From: Candidatus Saccharicenans sp.
Lineage (GTDB): Bacteria > Acidobacteriota > Aminicenantia > Aminicenantales > Saccharicenantaceae
Reading direction: 5' to 3'
DNA length: 64,000 bases
NCBI GenBank assembly: GCA_024653215.1
Contig: JANLFU010000004.1
Span: 29,574 to 93,573 of the forward strand
The translations under genes and the position numbers were made by a program. Position 1 is the stretch's first letter, and each line of letters opens with the position of its first letter. Shown here in pieces: positions 1 to 10,108 of this stretch. A model generated the notes under the pieces. It ran no database searches and was not told the DNA's origin. It saw only the letters and a program-made list of their open reading frames with translations.

Positions 1-480
1 GCCCCGGCCATCGAGTACAACTATTTCCCCTACTCGGAATCAACCCGGCGCCAGCTGCGCTTCCTGTACCGGGTGGGCTTCAACCTCAACTACTACCGGG
101 AGGAAACCATATACGATAAGACCCGGGAAGCACTGCTGGGCGAAACGCTCTCGGTCACCCTGGAAGTCAAGGAACCCTGGGGTAACGTCTATGCCTCGCT
201 GGAAGGCTTTCACTATTTTCATGATTTCAGCAAGAACCACCTGGTCTTCAACACCAGCCTCAACCTGAGGCTCTACCGCGGCTTTTCCGTGGGAATTTCC
301 GGCCGGTTTGCCAAGATTAAGGACCAGATTTACCTGGCCAAGGGCGACCTGAGCCTGGAGGACATCCTGCTGCAGAGGAAAGCCCTGGCCACGGCTTACA
401 GCTACGGGATCTATCTTGGTGTAAATTATACTTTTGGTTCCATCTATTCCGGGGTGGTCAACCCCAGGTTCGGCAATTAA
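1..480 (+). CDS. Outer-membrane beta-barrel protein, C-terminal fragment. The ORF is open from the window start in the same frame.
   Basis: Open frame from position 1 to stop at 478-480. Alternating beta-strand pattern with a C-terminal aromatic-rich end (…VNPRFGN). N-terminus lies outside the window. Confidence 0.45.
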   Translation, partial: APAIEYNYFPYSESTRRQLRFLYRVGFNLNYYREETIYDKTREALLGETLSVTLEVKEPWGNVYASLEGFHYFHDFSKNHLVFNTSLNLRLYRGFSVGISGRFAKIKDQIYLAKGDLSLEDILLQRKALATAYSYGIYLGVNYTFGSIYSGVVNPRFGN

Positions 481-803
481 TGGCCTGAAGGGCCTGACCC
501 CTGGCAATTCTAAAGTTGAGGACCGGCCCGGCAGAGGAGTTTCTTTTTGCGACTGATCGACTGTGAGTTTCCCCGGCCCGTGCCTTCAGGGCGAATGATT
601 GATTCGATTATCGGTTTTTTTGCTTCTTTTTACGTTTCCGTTTCTGGTCTCTGCCGTGGACGGCTATCTTTAACCCCGGCTTAGATTAATAGTCTTTAAT
701 TTCCCAGGAGCGGAGTCATCAATTAAGTTTTTAGATTAAATTATTCTTATCCTGCTAAATTAAGTTACGAGGCCCAGCCTCGGGACAAGATTAGTTCCCG
801 CAC

Positions 804-2159
804 CTATCGTGACTTATCCCTGGCCAGGAGCCGGTCGTAGATGGCCAGCCCGGCCATGGAGCACACCCCCAGGAAGGCGATGGTCGCCCAGATGATGATG
901 TAATTCGGCGACTGCCCGGCCTGGAGCGGGCTGGCGATATGTTTCTGGTAGAGGGCCCCGCCCAGCGGTCCACCCAGGATGCTGCCTATGGCCACGGGCA
1001 GGTTGGCGTAACCCAGGTAAAGGCCTTCTTCACCCTTGGGAGCAATCCGGCCGATGTATTCATAGATTCGCGGGGAGGCCATCATTTCGCCCACGGCCAT
1101 GGAGGCAATGCTGATTAGAAGGAAAATTCCGGCAATGGGGATGGCCAGCCCGGCCAGAGAAACCCGGTGGCTGATGTCAGAATAAAGCAGGACTGGCAGG
1201 ATATTAAGCAGCATGCCAACCGTGGTCACTCCCACGCCCAGCAGTATGGATTTCACCGGTGTCCATCTCTTGACCAGCCTGGTAATGAGCAGCTGGAAGC
1301 AGACAATCATCAGCGGGTTGGCCAGGGTATAGAGCTCCACCGGGGCGTTGGGGTCGATATGCCTGAGGAAGAGGGGTATGAGGTTATAGAGCTGGACGTA
1401 GAGAAACCAGAAGAGGGCAATGACCACCAGGAAGAAGACAAACTTCAGGTTGCCCAGCACTATGAAAATTCCCAGGATGGCTTCCTTAAGAGTTTTCTTT
1501 TTAACCTGCTGCCCGTCTTTCAGGCCATCGCTCACATATTCCGGTTCACGGTAAATGAAAAGCACCACCAGCAACCCGATGAAGATAAAAACTGTTGAGG
1601 CGTAGGTGAAGATGGCCGGTATGCCCAGGTTGGTCCTGATGAAATAAGAAACGCCGCGGCCGGTGATGGAGCCGATGTTAATGACCATGTAAAAAATGCC
1701 GAAGCCGAGGGTGGCATAAAGCCCCGAGGTTTTCTGGATGGTGCCGGCGATACAGGGCTTGACGATGGAGCCGCCCAGGCCAATCAGGACAATGGCCACC
1801 ACCACCGGGACGGTGTAATTTATGGCACTGCCCCGGTCGCCGGCCAGGGCCGGCCAGAACTTCTGGACGTTGCCCATTATCAGGTAACCGAAAAAGAGCA
1901 TCAGGAAGGACAGGCTCAGCGAACGCTTGAAGCCGTACTTGTCGGCCAGCGTTCCGGAAACGATCGGCATGAAGTAGATAAGTCCCCAGAGCAGCGAACC
2001 GTTCAGGAAGGTGGCGAAGGTCGGAGACATGCCCAGGACTTCCTTCAGGTAGATGACCATGAAGGAGGCCATGGAGTAGTAGGCCGCCCTTTCAAACAGC
2101 TCGATGGTGTTGGCCGTCCAGAAGGTTTTCGGGAAACGGGCTTTTTCTTTACTGTCCAT
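804..2159 (-). CDS. Proton-dependent oligopeptide transporter (POT/PTR2 family, MFS)
   Basis: 451 aa polytopic membrane protein. N-terminal ELFERAAYYSMASFMVIYL matches the POT signature (ExxERFxYYG). About 12 hydrophobic segments. Confidence 0.7.
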   Translation of the reverse strand: MDSKEKARFPKTFWTANTIELFERAAYYSMASFMVIYLKEVLGMSPTFATFLNGSLLWGLIYFMPIVSGTLADKYGFKRSLSLSFLMLFFGYLIMGNVQKFWPALAGDRGSAINYTVPVVVAIVLIGLGGSIVKPCIAGTIQKTSGLYATLGFGIFYMVINIGSITGRGVSYFIRTNLGIPAIFTYASTVFIFIGLLVVLFIYREPEYVSDGLKDGQQVKKKTLKEAILGIFIVLGNLKFVFFLVVIALFWFLYVQLYNLIPLFLRHIDPNAPVELYTLANPLMIVCFQLLITRLVKRWTPVKSILLGVGVTTVGMLLNILPVLLYSDISHRVSLAGLAIPIAGIFLLISIASMAVGEMMASPRIYEYIGRIAPKGEEGLYLGYANLPVAIGSILGGPLGGALYQKHIASPLQAGQSPNYIIIWATIAFLGVCSMAGLAIYDRLLARDKSR

Positions 2160-2221
2160 GTTTCAAACCTGCCTCTAAAAAAATTTTTTCTATGTTATCA
2201 GGAAAGGAAAAGGCCTGTCCA

Positions 2222-4066
2222 TCAGTTTTTTACCGGCTCCGGCAGACTGAGGTTGATGAGGAGTCTCCAGGAGGTGGGCGTGCTCAGCCCGGCGTAAGAC
2301 CAGGGCCCGAGTTCTCCCACATCGCAGAGTTTGCCCTGCCCATCCAGCACCAGGTAAAGGGGCTTCAGGCCCGAAGTTTCGGCCGGGTAAAGATGAATGG
2401 TTGACAGAGGTGGCTGCCCGCCCGTCGTGGCCAGCCGGAATGAATCAGAAAAATAAAATATAACTCTATCGGCCCGGACCCTGAAAGTCAGCCACTCGTC
2501 CTGGTAATCCAGGTTTATGGCCGAGAACGGGTCGTATAGAGTTATAACCGGTTCGGCCGGGCTTTCCGCTTCCAGGGGCAGGCCGGGCAGACAGTCCTTG
2601 AAGGCCGGAGGGGTGAGCTTGGTCAGCATCAGGAAAGTTTTTTCCCAGAGCCGTTGGTAAAGGCGCCAGACCCGGAGCTCGGCTTCGGTTCTCTTCCTCA
2701 GTCTCTGCTCTTCGGGCAGGTAGCGGACCCAGAAGTAGAAACTGTTGACGAAATTATTGAGTACAGGTTCCGATTGCTGGAAGTAATTCAGAACCGTTTT
2801 CCTGTATCTCTGGTAAAAATATTCGGCCTGTTGCCGGTAGCGCTGGCAGTATTCATCCCTGGCTTTTTGAATGCACCCCAGCCTTTCTTCCCTGTCCAGG
2901 GCCAGGCAGGCCTTTTCTCTTTTCTGGTAATCGCGCCACAGGGAATCAACCTGGCTGTTGGCCTGGGCCAGGAGCTGCGCAAGCTGCATGTCGGCCGGCC
3001 GTTCTATCTCCCTTTCCAGGTAATCCAGCCGTCCCTCGATTTCATTCAGGTGAAAGTAAGCCCGGGCGGAGTTCAGGGCCAGCCCTCCCTGGACCACCGC
3101 TTCTGTTTCCGGGAAGTTAATCCCGGAGGCCAGCAGGCTTTCTAACGTCTTGTGCAGGTCCACTTCTTTACCTTCCATCTGGATGAAGGCCGTCTGGTAA
3201 AAGGGGATAAGGCGGTGGTAGGAGGCAAAATCTTCGGGCAGGTCTGGTCGGGTGAGGTATATTTCCTGCTGAAAGGACAGCGGCAGCGGAACCTCACTCA
3301 GATTCCTGGCCAGGGATTCCCTGTAACCGCCCAGAAGGGAATTCTTCAGGTAAGTTGCCGGTTGGTCACCGGGCGTCGTGACCTGGGCCAGAAGATAAAG
3401 TGCCCGGTTGGCTTCGGGCTGGTATCGATCATAACTTGCGGCCTGCCGGAAATATTTCAGGGCCTCATCTTTCTGCCCCAGGGTGTAACTGAGGACGCCG
3501 AGGTTATTCAAAAGCACCGGGTTGTCCGGGAGTGACAGTCGGGCAGCCCGGGTGGCTTCCTGGGCCAGCCGGTATTCCCCCAGGGCATAGAGGAAGGCGG
3601 CGGCGTTGGAGAGAAGGACGGGGTCGGCCGGGGCCTGTCTTAATTGCAGCCTCGACAGAGCGAGACCTTCGACCGGTTGACCGCTGAGCCAGAAGCTCAG
3701 AAGGTAGAGGTCCAGGGTCGGGGAATTGACCAGCGGTTTTAGCACACTTTCCAGTTCTTCCAGCCTTTCCAGGCCAAGCTTTCTGGCCAGAAATTCCCTG
3801 ATTCTGGTAGGAAGGGGAGTGTCCGAGGTTGTCTGATTGAGCGGTTCGGCCGGGGCCCTTGAAATGAAATTATCAATCGAATCCATGGTGGTTTGTCCAG
3901 GACCTGGAGTGGCCTCTTGTCCGGCGGCCATTGAAAAAACCGCCAGCAAGATTATGTTTAGAAGGAAAATGACTATCTGGCGGGCGAAGCCTGAACGGTG
4001 CCCGAACGGACCAGCGCCGTGGTCTTTGGCTTTTAAGGCCAATCTTTTTATTGTCATTCCATTCAT
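2222..4066 (-). CDS. TPR-repeat protein with N-terminal signal anchor
   Basis: 614 aa. Hydrophobic segment IVIFLLNIILLAVFSMAA near the N-terminus. Multiple 34-aa TPR-like repeats (…AYFHLNE…, LGEYRLAQEA…). GAGGG RBS before the ATG. Confidence 0.55.
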   Translation of the reverse strand: MNGMTIKRLALKAKDHGAGPFGHRSGFARQIVIFLLNIILLAVFSMAAGQEATPGPGQTTMDSIDNFISRAPAEPLNQTTSDTPLPTRIREFLARKLGLERLEELESVLKPLVNSPTLDLYLLSFWLSGQPVEGLALSRLQLRQAPADPVLLSNAAAFLYALGEYRLAQEATRAARLSLPDNPVLLNNLGVLSYTLGQKDEALKYFRQAASYDRYQPEANRALYLLAQVTTPGDQPATYLKNSLLGGYRESLARNLSEVPLPLSFQQEIYLTRPDLPEDFASYHRLIPFYQTAFIQMEGKEVDLHKTLESLLASGINFPETEAVVQGGLALNSARAYFHLNEIEGRLDYLEREIERPADMQLAQLLAQANSQVDSLWRDYQKREKACLALDREERLGCIQKARDEYCQRYRQQAEYFYQRYRKTVLNYFQQSEPVLNNFVNSFYFWVRYLPEEQRLRKRTEAELRVWRLYQRLWEKTFLMLTKLTPPAFKDCLPGLPLEAESPAEPVITLYDPFSAINLDYQDEWLTFRVRADRVIFYFSDSFRLATTGGQPPLSTIHLYPAETSGLKPLYLVLDGQGKLCDVGELGPWSYAGLSTPTSWRLLINLSLPEPVKN

Positions 4067-4194
4067 GATTTTTCCCTCACCACCCGAAGTTTCACAGAAA
4101 TTTCAAAAATTACTACCAGCCCGACCTGATTTCTTATATAAATCTATATCAGGTTGACCCGCGAGGGCAACCGATAAAAATCGTGGAGCGCAAG

Positions 4195-4536
4195 ATGCAG
4201 AAGCCTGACTGGATGGAAGAATTTCCCGGAGCCATCACCGTGACCGATGATGAAGGAAAGATCATCTACATGAATAAGAAGGCGGCTCAAACCTTCGAGG
4301 CCGAAGGCGGCTTGGCCCTCATCGGAAGGAATATAATGGATTGTCACCGGCTGGAGTCGCAGGAAAAAATAAAAAAAATACTGGAAAGCGGGAAACCGAA
4401 CATTTACACCATCGAGAAAAAGGGTCAGAAAAAACTCATCTTTCAAACGGTTTGGACTGAAGCCGGCCGGGTCCGGGGACTGGTTGAGCTCAGCCTGGAA
4501 ATTCCCACGGCCATGCCCCACTTCGTCAGGGATTAA
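4195..4536 (+). CDS. Small PAS-domain protein
   Basis: PAS-like core (ITVTDDEGKIIYMNKKAAQTFE…GRNIMDCH). GGAG RBS 7 nt upstream of the ATG at 4195. The ORF track starts at GTG 4183. Confidence 0.5.
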   Translation: MQKPDWMEEFPGAITVTDDEGKIIYMNKKAAQTFEAEGGLALIGRNIMDCHRLESQEKIKKILESGKPNIYTIEKKGQKKLIFQTVWTEAGRVRGLVELSLEIPTAMPHFVRD

Positions 4537-4594
4537 GCGGTCCATTAATAATCAGGTCGGAGAAACCGACCTCGCGCTTCTAAGACAGCGGGTC

Positions 4595-4984
4595 TCAGCC
4601 AGACTCTTTTAAAAAATCTTTCAGGCGCCGGTATTCTCTCTCCAGGGCCTCCAAAGCCTCCCTGGCCGTTTTCAGGTCCTGGTTCTGTCCGGCCTGTTCC
4701 ATCTTCCAGGCCGCTTCCCTCAGGGCCGGAAGGCTCAGGTTGGCCGAGGCTCCTTTCAGGTAATGTCCGGCTTCCCTGATGACCTGGAAGTCTTTCTCCT
4801 GGACGGCCTTTTCCAGCTCGTCGTATTTCTTTTGGAATTCCTCATCATAGATGCCCAGCAACTCCTGGAGGAAGGCTTCATCTCCGCCGATTCTTTCCAG
4901 CGCTTCCTTGCGGTCGATGGGTGCAGGGGCGCTATTTTTTCCTGCCATCCCTATCCTCCTTCCTTTTTTTATTATCCGAATCAT
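4595..4984 (-). CDS. Histidine phosphotransfer (Hpt) domain protein
   Basis: Hpt signature HYLKGASANLSLPAL (HxxKGxxxxxG). Lies immediately downstream on the same strand of the hybrid kinase. Confidence 0.6.
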   Translation of the reverse strand: MIRIIKKGRRIGMAGKNSAPAPIDRKEALERIGGDEAFLQELLGIYDEEFQKKYDELEKAVQEKDFQVIREAGHYLKGASANLSLPALREAAWKMEQAGQNQDLKTAREALEALEREYRRLKDFLKESG

Positions 4985-5065
4985 TAATTATTACCATCCT
5001 GTCCCGGCCCAGCTTCTTGGCCAGGTACCGAGCCCGTTCAGCCGTCTTAATAAAAACTACAGATA

Positions 5066-7894
5066 TTACCGTTTGCGGGCCAGGGCCCTTTCAATCACCC
5101 GGTACAGCTCTTCGGGGTAAAGCGGCTTGGCCACGTAGTCGTCCATACCGGCTTCCAGGCATTTTTCCCGGTCGCCCTTCATGGCATGGGCAGTCATGGC
5201 CACCACCGGCAGATGCTCACCGCTGGATTGCTCGCGCTGGCGAATCTGCCTGGTGGCCTCGAAGCCGTCCATCTCCGGCATCTGGACATCCATCAGCACC
5301 AGGTCGAATTTTTCTTTTTCGAGAATTTCCAGGGCCTGCCGGCCGTTTTCGGCCACGGTTACCCGGTGTCCCTTTTTCTGCAGGAGGTGAATGGCCACCT
5401 TCTGGTTGACCGGGTTGTCTTCGGCCAGCAGGATGTTCAACTTGCGGCGGAACTCTGGCAGGGTGTGTTCGGTTATCGGAACTTCCAGCCGGTGGGCCAC
5501 TGAAGTCGCCCCCTTGATGGCCATTATGGTATCAAGCAGGTCGGAGGGCCTGACCGGTTTTACCAGGTAGCCCTGCGCTCCCAGTTCTTTGGCCTGCTGC
5601 AGGTCGCCCAGCCGGTCGGCCGAGGTCAGGATGATGATGGGCACCTCTTTGGCCCCGTCGATTTCTTTTATTTTGCGAATGAGTTCAAACCCGTCCATTT
5701 CCGGCATGGACAGGTCCAGGAGGAAGAGCCCGAAGCCTTCCTGCCGGCCCAGCGCTTCCCCGATCAGGGAGATGGCCTGGGGTCCAGAGGAGGCAACTTC
5801 TGGCTTCATCCGCCAGCTCTGGAGCATTTCTTTGAGTATGACCTGATTGGTCTGGTTGTCGTCCACCACCAGAACCCGCAATCCGTGGACCGCGGCCAGG
5901 GTGGCCGGCACAGCCCGGGGCCGGCGCTCTGGAACCAGTCCCAGCCTGACGGTAAAGTGGAAGGTGCTGCCCCGCCCGGGTTGGCTTTCGGCCCAGATTT
6001 TTCCGCCCATCAGGTTTACCAGCTGAGAGGTTATGGCCAGGCCCAGGCCGGTACCCCCGTACTTGCGGCTGAAGGAAGCGTCGGCCTGGACAAATGGCTG
6101 GAAGATGCTTTCCAGTTTATCGCGGGGAATGCCAATACCCGTGTCCCTGACCATGAAATGGAGGGTTATATCCCGGGAGGTTCGGGCCTGTTCTTCGACT
6201 TCAACCTCAACTTCGCCCTTTTCTGTAAACTTGATGGCGTTGCTGACCAGGTTAAGCAGTACCTGGCGGAGGCGGCTGGTGTCGCCGACCACCGTCTCAG
6301 GCAGGGAAGGCGGTACGTGGCAGAGCAATTCCAGCCCCTTCTGGTGAGCCGGCAGGGCCAGGGTGGCCACGATTTCGGTGATGGAGTTATGCAGGTTGAA
6401 TTCAACCGGAACCAGCTCAATCATCCGGGCTTCAATTTTGGAAAAGTCCAGGATGTCGTTGAGAATGGTTAGCAGCGACTCGGCCGAGGTCCTGGCGGCC
6501 TTGAGGAACTGGAGCTGTTCATCGTTGAGCTCGGTCTGCAGGGCCAGCTCAATCATGCCGATGATGCCGTTCATCGGGGTTCTTATCTCGTGGCTCATGT
6601 TGGCCAGGAATTCACTCTTGGCCTTGCTGGCGGCCAGGGCCTCCTCCCTGGACAGCCGCAACTCTTCCTCAATTTGCTTGAGGTTGGAGATATCGGTGAT
6701 AACCGAGACCACGCCGCTGAATTTCTTCTTTTCAAAAATGGAGTGGGCGTGGATGAGCACCGGGATCAACCGGCCGTCCCTGGTCTTAAGCCTGGTTTCG
6801 TACCGTTCCCGGGTCCTCGACTGCCGGGCCCGGGACCTGGTCTTGACCTGTTCCAGCTGGTCTTCCGGGATGAACACGCTCCAGTGCTGGCCCAGGAGTT
6901 CTCCGGGCCTGTAGCCCAGCATCTTCTCCAGGGCCGGGTTGACATAGGTTATATTGCCGTGGGCATTTTCCACCACTACACCTTCGGCCAGGCTGGTCAG
7001 GATTTTTTCCTGGAACTGCTGCAGGTTCTTGAGCTCCGCCTCAACCCTTTGTTTTTCCCGGTCTTTCTTCAAGGAATAGAGGGCAAAGCCCAGGTCGCCG
7101 GCAATTTCTTCCAGGAGCTTTATCTCCGCGGCCTGGTCGAAGATGTCCCTGGCGTAACCGACCTGCATGACCCCGAATATCTCCCGGTTGTGTTCGAGGA
7201 GAAAGCAGGCCACCCAGCCGCCCTTTTTTCGCTGCGGGCATTTTTTGCAGGTCGGGCTCTTGGTCACATCCGGAATGAAAAAGGACCGCCTGTTTTTAAG
7301 GACTCTTTCCAGGCAGGGGGTGAAGCGGTTGAGTATCTTTTTATCCCCCCGGCCGAAAAATTCCCCGGGCCTTAATTCATCATCTACCAGGGCCATTCGG
7401 ACCAGGCCGTATTTTCCGTTCTCCACCAGGCTGCTGGCGGCCTGGTCAAGAAGCCTGGACGGATCCTTGACCTGGATTATCATCTGGTTGATATCGCTGA
7501 TGGCCCGCAGCAGCCTGTTGGTGTGAGCCAGGAGCCGGTCCTTCTGAACCAGCTCGCTTATATCCTTGTAGACAGCCACGCCTCCGATCAGGTAATTCTT
7601 GTAGACCACGGGAGAAGCCGAGATGCTGACGCTGACCGGTTTACCGTCCTTCCGGTAGCGGGTGGCGATGAAGTTGGAAAAGCGCCGCCTGAGGATATTC
7701 CTGGTTATTTTTTTGGCTTCTGATTGCTCGGGTCCGCCGATCAATTCATCAATCTGCCGGCCGATAGCTTCCTTCCTTTTATAGCCGAAGATGAGCTCGG
7801 CCCCGGGATTCCAGATGATGACCTGGCCGCTGGAGTCGACGGCCACCACGGCATCCTTGATGCTGTCAATCAGGGCCTGAAGATGCAGCTCCAT
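5066..7894 (-). CDS. Hybrid sensor histidine kinase (PAS/GAF, HisKA, HATPase, two receiver domains)
   Basis: 942 aa. H-box [21 protein letters not shown]-box region DTGIGIP…GGTGLGL. Two receiver domains with DD…D…K patterns ([11 protein letters not shown]…[10 protein letters not shown] and [11 protein letters not shown]…[10 protein letters not shown]). Confidence 0.85.
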   Translation of the reverse strand: MELHLQALIDSIKDAVVAVDSSGQVIIWNPGAELIFGYKRKEAIGRQIDELIGGPEQSEAKKITRNILRRRFSNFIATRYRKDGKPVSVSISASPVVYKNYLIGGVAVYKDISELVQKDRLLAHTNRLLRAISDINQMIIQVKDPSRLLDQAASSLVENGKYGLVRMALVDDELRPGEFFGRGDKKILNRFTPCLERVLKNRRSFFIPDVTKSPTCKKCPQRKKGGWVACFLLEHNREIFGVMQVGYARDIFDQAAEIKLLEEIAGDLGFALYSLKKDREKQRVEAELKNLQQFQEKILTSLAEGVVVENAHGNITYVNPALEKMLGYRPGELLGQHWSVFIPEDQLEQVKTRSRARQSRTRERYETRLKTRDGRLIPVLIHAHSIFEKKKFSGVVSVITDISNLKQIEEELRLSREEALAASKAKSEFLANMSHEIRTPMNGIIGMIELALQTELNDEQLQFLKAARTSAESLLTILNDILDFSKIEARMIELVPVEFNLHNSITEIVATLALPAHQKGLELLCHVPPSLPETVVGDTSRLRQVLLNLVSNAIKFTEKGEVEVEVEEQARTSRDITLHFMVRDTGIGIPRDKLESIFQPFVQADASFSRKYGGTGLGLAITSQLVNLMGGKIWAESQPGRGSTFHFTVRLGLVPERRPRAVPATLAAVHGLRVLVVDDNQTNQVILKEMLQSWRMKPEVASSGPQAISLIGEALGRQEGFGLFLLDLSMPEMDGFELIRKIKEIDGAKEVPIIILTSADRLGDLQQAKELGAQGYLVKPVRPSDLLDTIMAIKGATSVAHRLEVPITEHTLPEFRRKLNILLAEDNPVNQKVAIHLLQKKGHRVTVAENGRQALEILEKEKFDLVLMDVQMPEMDGFEATRQIRQREQSSGEHLPVVAMTAHAMKGDREKCLEAGMDDYVAKPLYPEELYRVIERALARKR

Positions 7895-7988
7895 TTCCAG
7901 CCTCCTTATTAGTGGTAATTAGATAATTTTAGCCTGAAAAAATCAATCACCGCTGCGGGTGATTTTGGTTTCGGGTTGGGGGTGGAAT

Positions 7989-8621
7989 TCAGACCGAAAG
8001 GGCCATCAGCAGCAGGGCCGAGTAGAAGGTGGAGAGAATTATGGCCTGGGCCCCCTTGAAGGGGCGATAAAAGCGGTCCAGGGCCAGGACCGTGTCGGAC
8101 ACCAGGAAAAGCAGGCTGCCGGCTGCGGCCAGCCAGGGTGCGGTTCCAGGCAGCTGGTGCGGTTGCTCCAGTCCCACCCGGGTCATAGTCAGCAGGACCA
8201 GCAGGTAGAATAAAATCGGGACCCGCTGGCGTTTGGTCCCGGGCCAGATCAGGAAAAGAACTACCCCGGCCAGCAGGACCAGGGGAATAACCGGCCAGCT
8301 AAGGAACTCGCGGTTGACCCGGCTGTAAAAGGCGACCGTAAACACGGCCAGGGCCCCCAGGAAAAAGGCCAGCCCGGTCAGAAAACGTTTCTTCTTCAGC
8401 ATCATCATGGTATCGCCCAGCAGGCAGAGGGCCAGGCCGGCGGCCACGGCATTCCGGTAGAAAGAGTGGGGCCTGGTTTCCAGGAGCAAGCCGACCATCA
8501 GCATTATGGTAAAGGGGCGGAAGAAGTAAGCCAGGAGCTTCTGGTTGCGGGTCTCGGCGATGATGGCCGCGGTGGCTGAAACCACGATGGAGAAGATAAA
8601 AGCGCCGCTCCCGAGGTTCAT
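7989..8621 (-). CDS. YhhN-like (lysoplasmalogenase family) integral membrane protein
   Basis: 210 aa with about 7 TM segments. Conserved GD…L and SD motifs resemble the YhhN/TMEM86 family. Assignment is by motif only. Confidence 0.4.
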   Translation of the reverse strand: MNLGSGAFIFSIVVSATAAIIAETRNQKLLAYFFRPFTIMLMVGLLLETRPHSFYRNAVAAGLALCLLGDTMMMLKKKRFLTGLAFFLGALAVFTVAFYSRVNREFLSWPVIPLVLLAGVVLFLIWPGTKRQRVPILFYLLVLLTMTRVGLEQPHQLPGTAPWLAAAGSLLFLVSDTVLALDRFYRPFKGAQAIILSTFYSALLLMALSV

Positions 8622-8763
8622 GTTCTCACCTTCAATTGCCGTCGGGTCCGGGAGACCTCCCCGGTCCCGCCAATTCTATTTTGATAATTCTACCTCAGAT
8701 ATGCCATAATATAAATGGTGACTTTCGGGTCAACCTTCAACTTTAATATTATCAGGAGCTAAG

Positions 8764-9522
8764 ATGATAGAAAGTTTTACCGATGAAAAGAGCCGCAAGA
8801 TAGCCCTGCTGATAGATGGCGATAACGCCCAGCCTTCCCTGATCGGTGACATCCTGGCCGAGGTCGGCAAGTACGGGTTAATCACCATCAGGCGAATTTA
8901 CGGTGACTGGACCACGGTCAACATGGCCGGCTGGAAAAAGGCCCTGCACGAGAATGCCATTCAGCCGGTGCAGCAGTTCCGCTTCACCGTGGGCAAGAAC
9001 GCCACCGACAGTGCCCTGATCATCGACGCCATGGACATCCTCCACGGCCGGCTGGTGGAAGGCTTCTGCATCGTTTCCAGCGATTCCGACTACACCCGGC
9101 TGGCCACCAGGATAAGGGAAGCGGGCTTCTTTGTCATGGGTATCGGGAAGCGTTCCACGCCCAAGGCCTTTGTCAATGCCTGCAACGTTTTTATCTACAC
9201 CGAGAACCTTGGACCCCGGGAAAAGGAAAGAGAAAGGAAGAGGAAAGGGGCGACGGAGAAGGCTGCCGAGGAGCATAAGCCCCGCGGCTATGACCCGCTG
9301 CCGCTGCTGAAGGCCGCGGTGGACATGGCCACCGACGAGGACGGCTGGGCCAAGCTCAGCACCATCGGTTTCTATCTCCGCCAGCTGGACCCCAGCTTTG
9401 ACCCCAGGACCTACGGTTTCCGCCAGCTGTCCCAGCTCTTCAAGGCCTTCCCCGAGGTTTTTGAACTGCGCTTCGAAAACGAGCGCGGCCTGACCAGGGT
9501 CTGGGTCAAGATAAAAGAATGA
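8764..9522 (+). CDS. NYN (PIN-like nuclease) domain protein with C-terminal OST-HTH/LOTUS domain
   Basis: N-terminal IALLIDGDNAQPS…SDSDYTRLATRIRE is typical of NYN/LabA-like domains. C-terminal GWAKLSTIGFYLRQLDP…YGFRQLSQLFKAFPEVFEL matches OST-HTH. AGGAG RBS. Confidence 0.6.
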   Translation: MIESFTDEKSRKIALLIDGDNAQPSLIGDILAEVGKYGLITIRRIYGDWTTVNMAGWKKALHENAIQPVQQFRFTVGKNATDSALIIDAMDILHGRLVEGFCIVSSDSDYTRLATRIREAGFFVMGIGKRSTPKAFVNACNVFIYTENLGPREKERERKRKGATEKAAEEHKPRGYDPLPLLKAAVDMATDEDGWAKLSTIGFYLRQLDPSFDPRTYGFRQLSQLFKAFPEVFELRFENERGLTRVWVKIKE

Positions 9523-9541
9523 CGGGCGGGCCGGAGGCCGG

Positions 9542-10057
9542 ATGAAAATTTATTACCATTCTCCGATAGGAATAATAGAAATTGAAGGCGGCCCGGCCGG
9601 AGTGCGCTCCTGTTCCTTTGTCGGGGAGAGACTGAAAGCCAGCCCGAAGCCAACCGGGTCCGGGTCCGAGCTGGAAGCGGTTCCAGCCGTCCTTAAAGAA
9701 GCCCGTCGCCAATTGGATGAATATTTTAAGGGCCTAAGGCAGGAGTTTTCTGTCAGGCTCGACCTGAGGGGAACGGAATTCCAGAGAAAGGTCTGGGCCG
9801 AACTGAGAAAAATACCCTTCGGTAAGACCAGGAGCTACGGGGAGGTAGCCAGGGCCTGCGGCCGTGGGGGAGCGGCCCGGGCGGTGGGTGGAGCCAACCA
9901 TATGAACCCGGTGGTGATTCTGGTTCCCTGCCACCGGGTAATCGGTGCCGACGGCAGCCTGACCGGGTTCGGCGGAGGTCTGTGGCGGAAGAAATGGCTT
10001 CTGGAGCACGAGAAAAAAGTGCTGGAAGCCGGCCGGCAAAATAAGTATAAAAAATAA
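9542..10057 (+). CDS. ogt: Methylated-DNA-[protein]-cysteine S-methyltransferase
   Basis: Active-site motif VPCHRVIG and surrounding YGEVA…GGANHMNPVVILVPCHRVIGADGSLTGFGGGL. Confidence 0.8.
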   Translation: MKIYYHSPIGIIEIEGGPAGVRSCSFVGERLKASPKPTGSGSELEAVPAVLKEARRQLDEYFKGLRQEFSVRLDLRGTEFQRKVWAELRKIPFGKTRSYGEVARACGRGGAARAVGGANHMNPVVILVPCHRVIGADGSLTGFGGGLWRKKWLLEHEKKVLEAGRQNKYKK

Positions 10058-10108
10058 CTGTAGATAATAACCCGCCGCGGAGAAGGCAAGGCGAGGAAGG
10101 AGAGGAAA

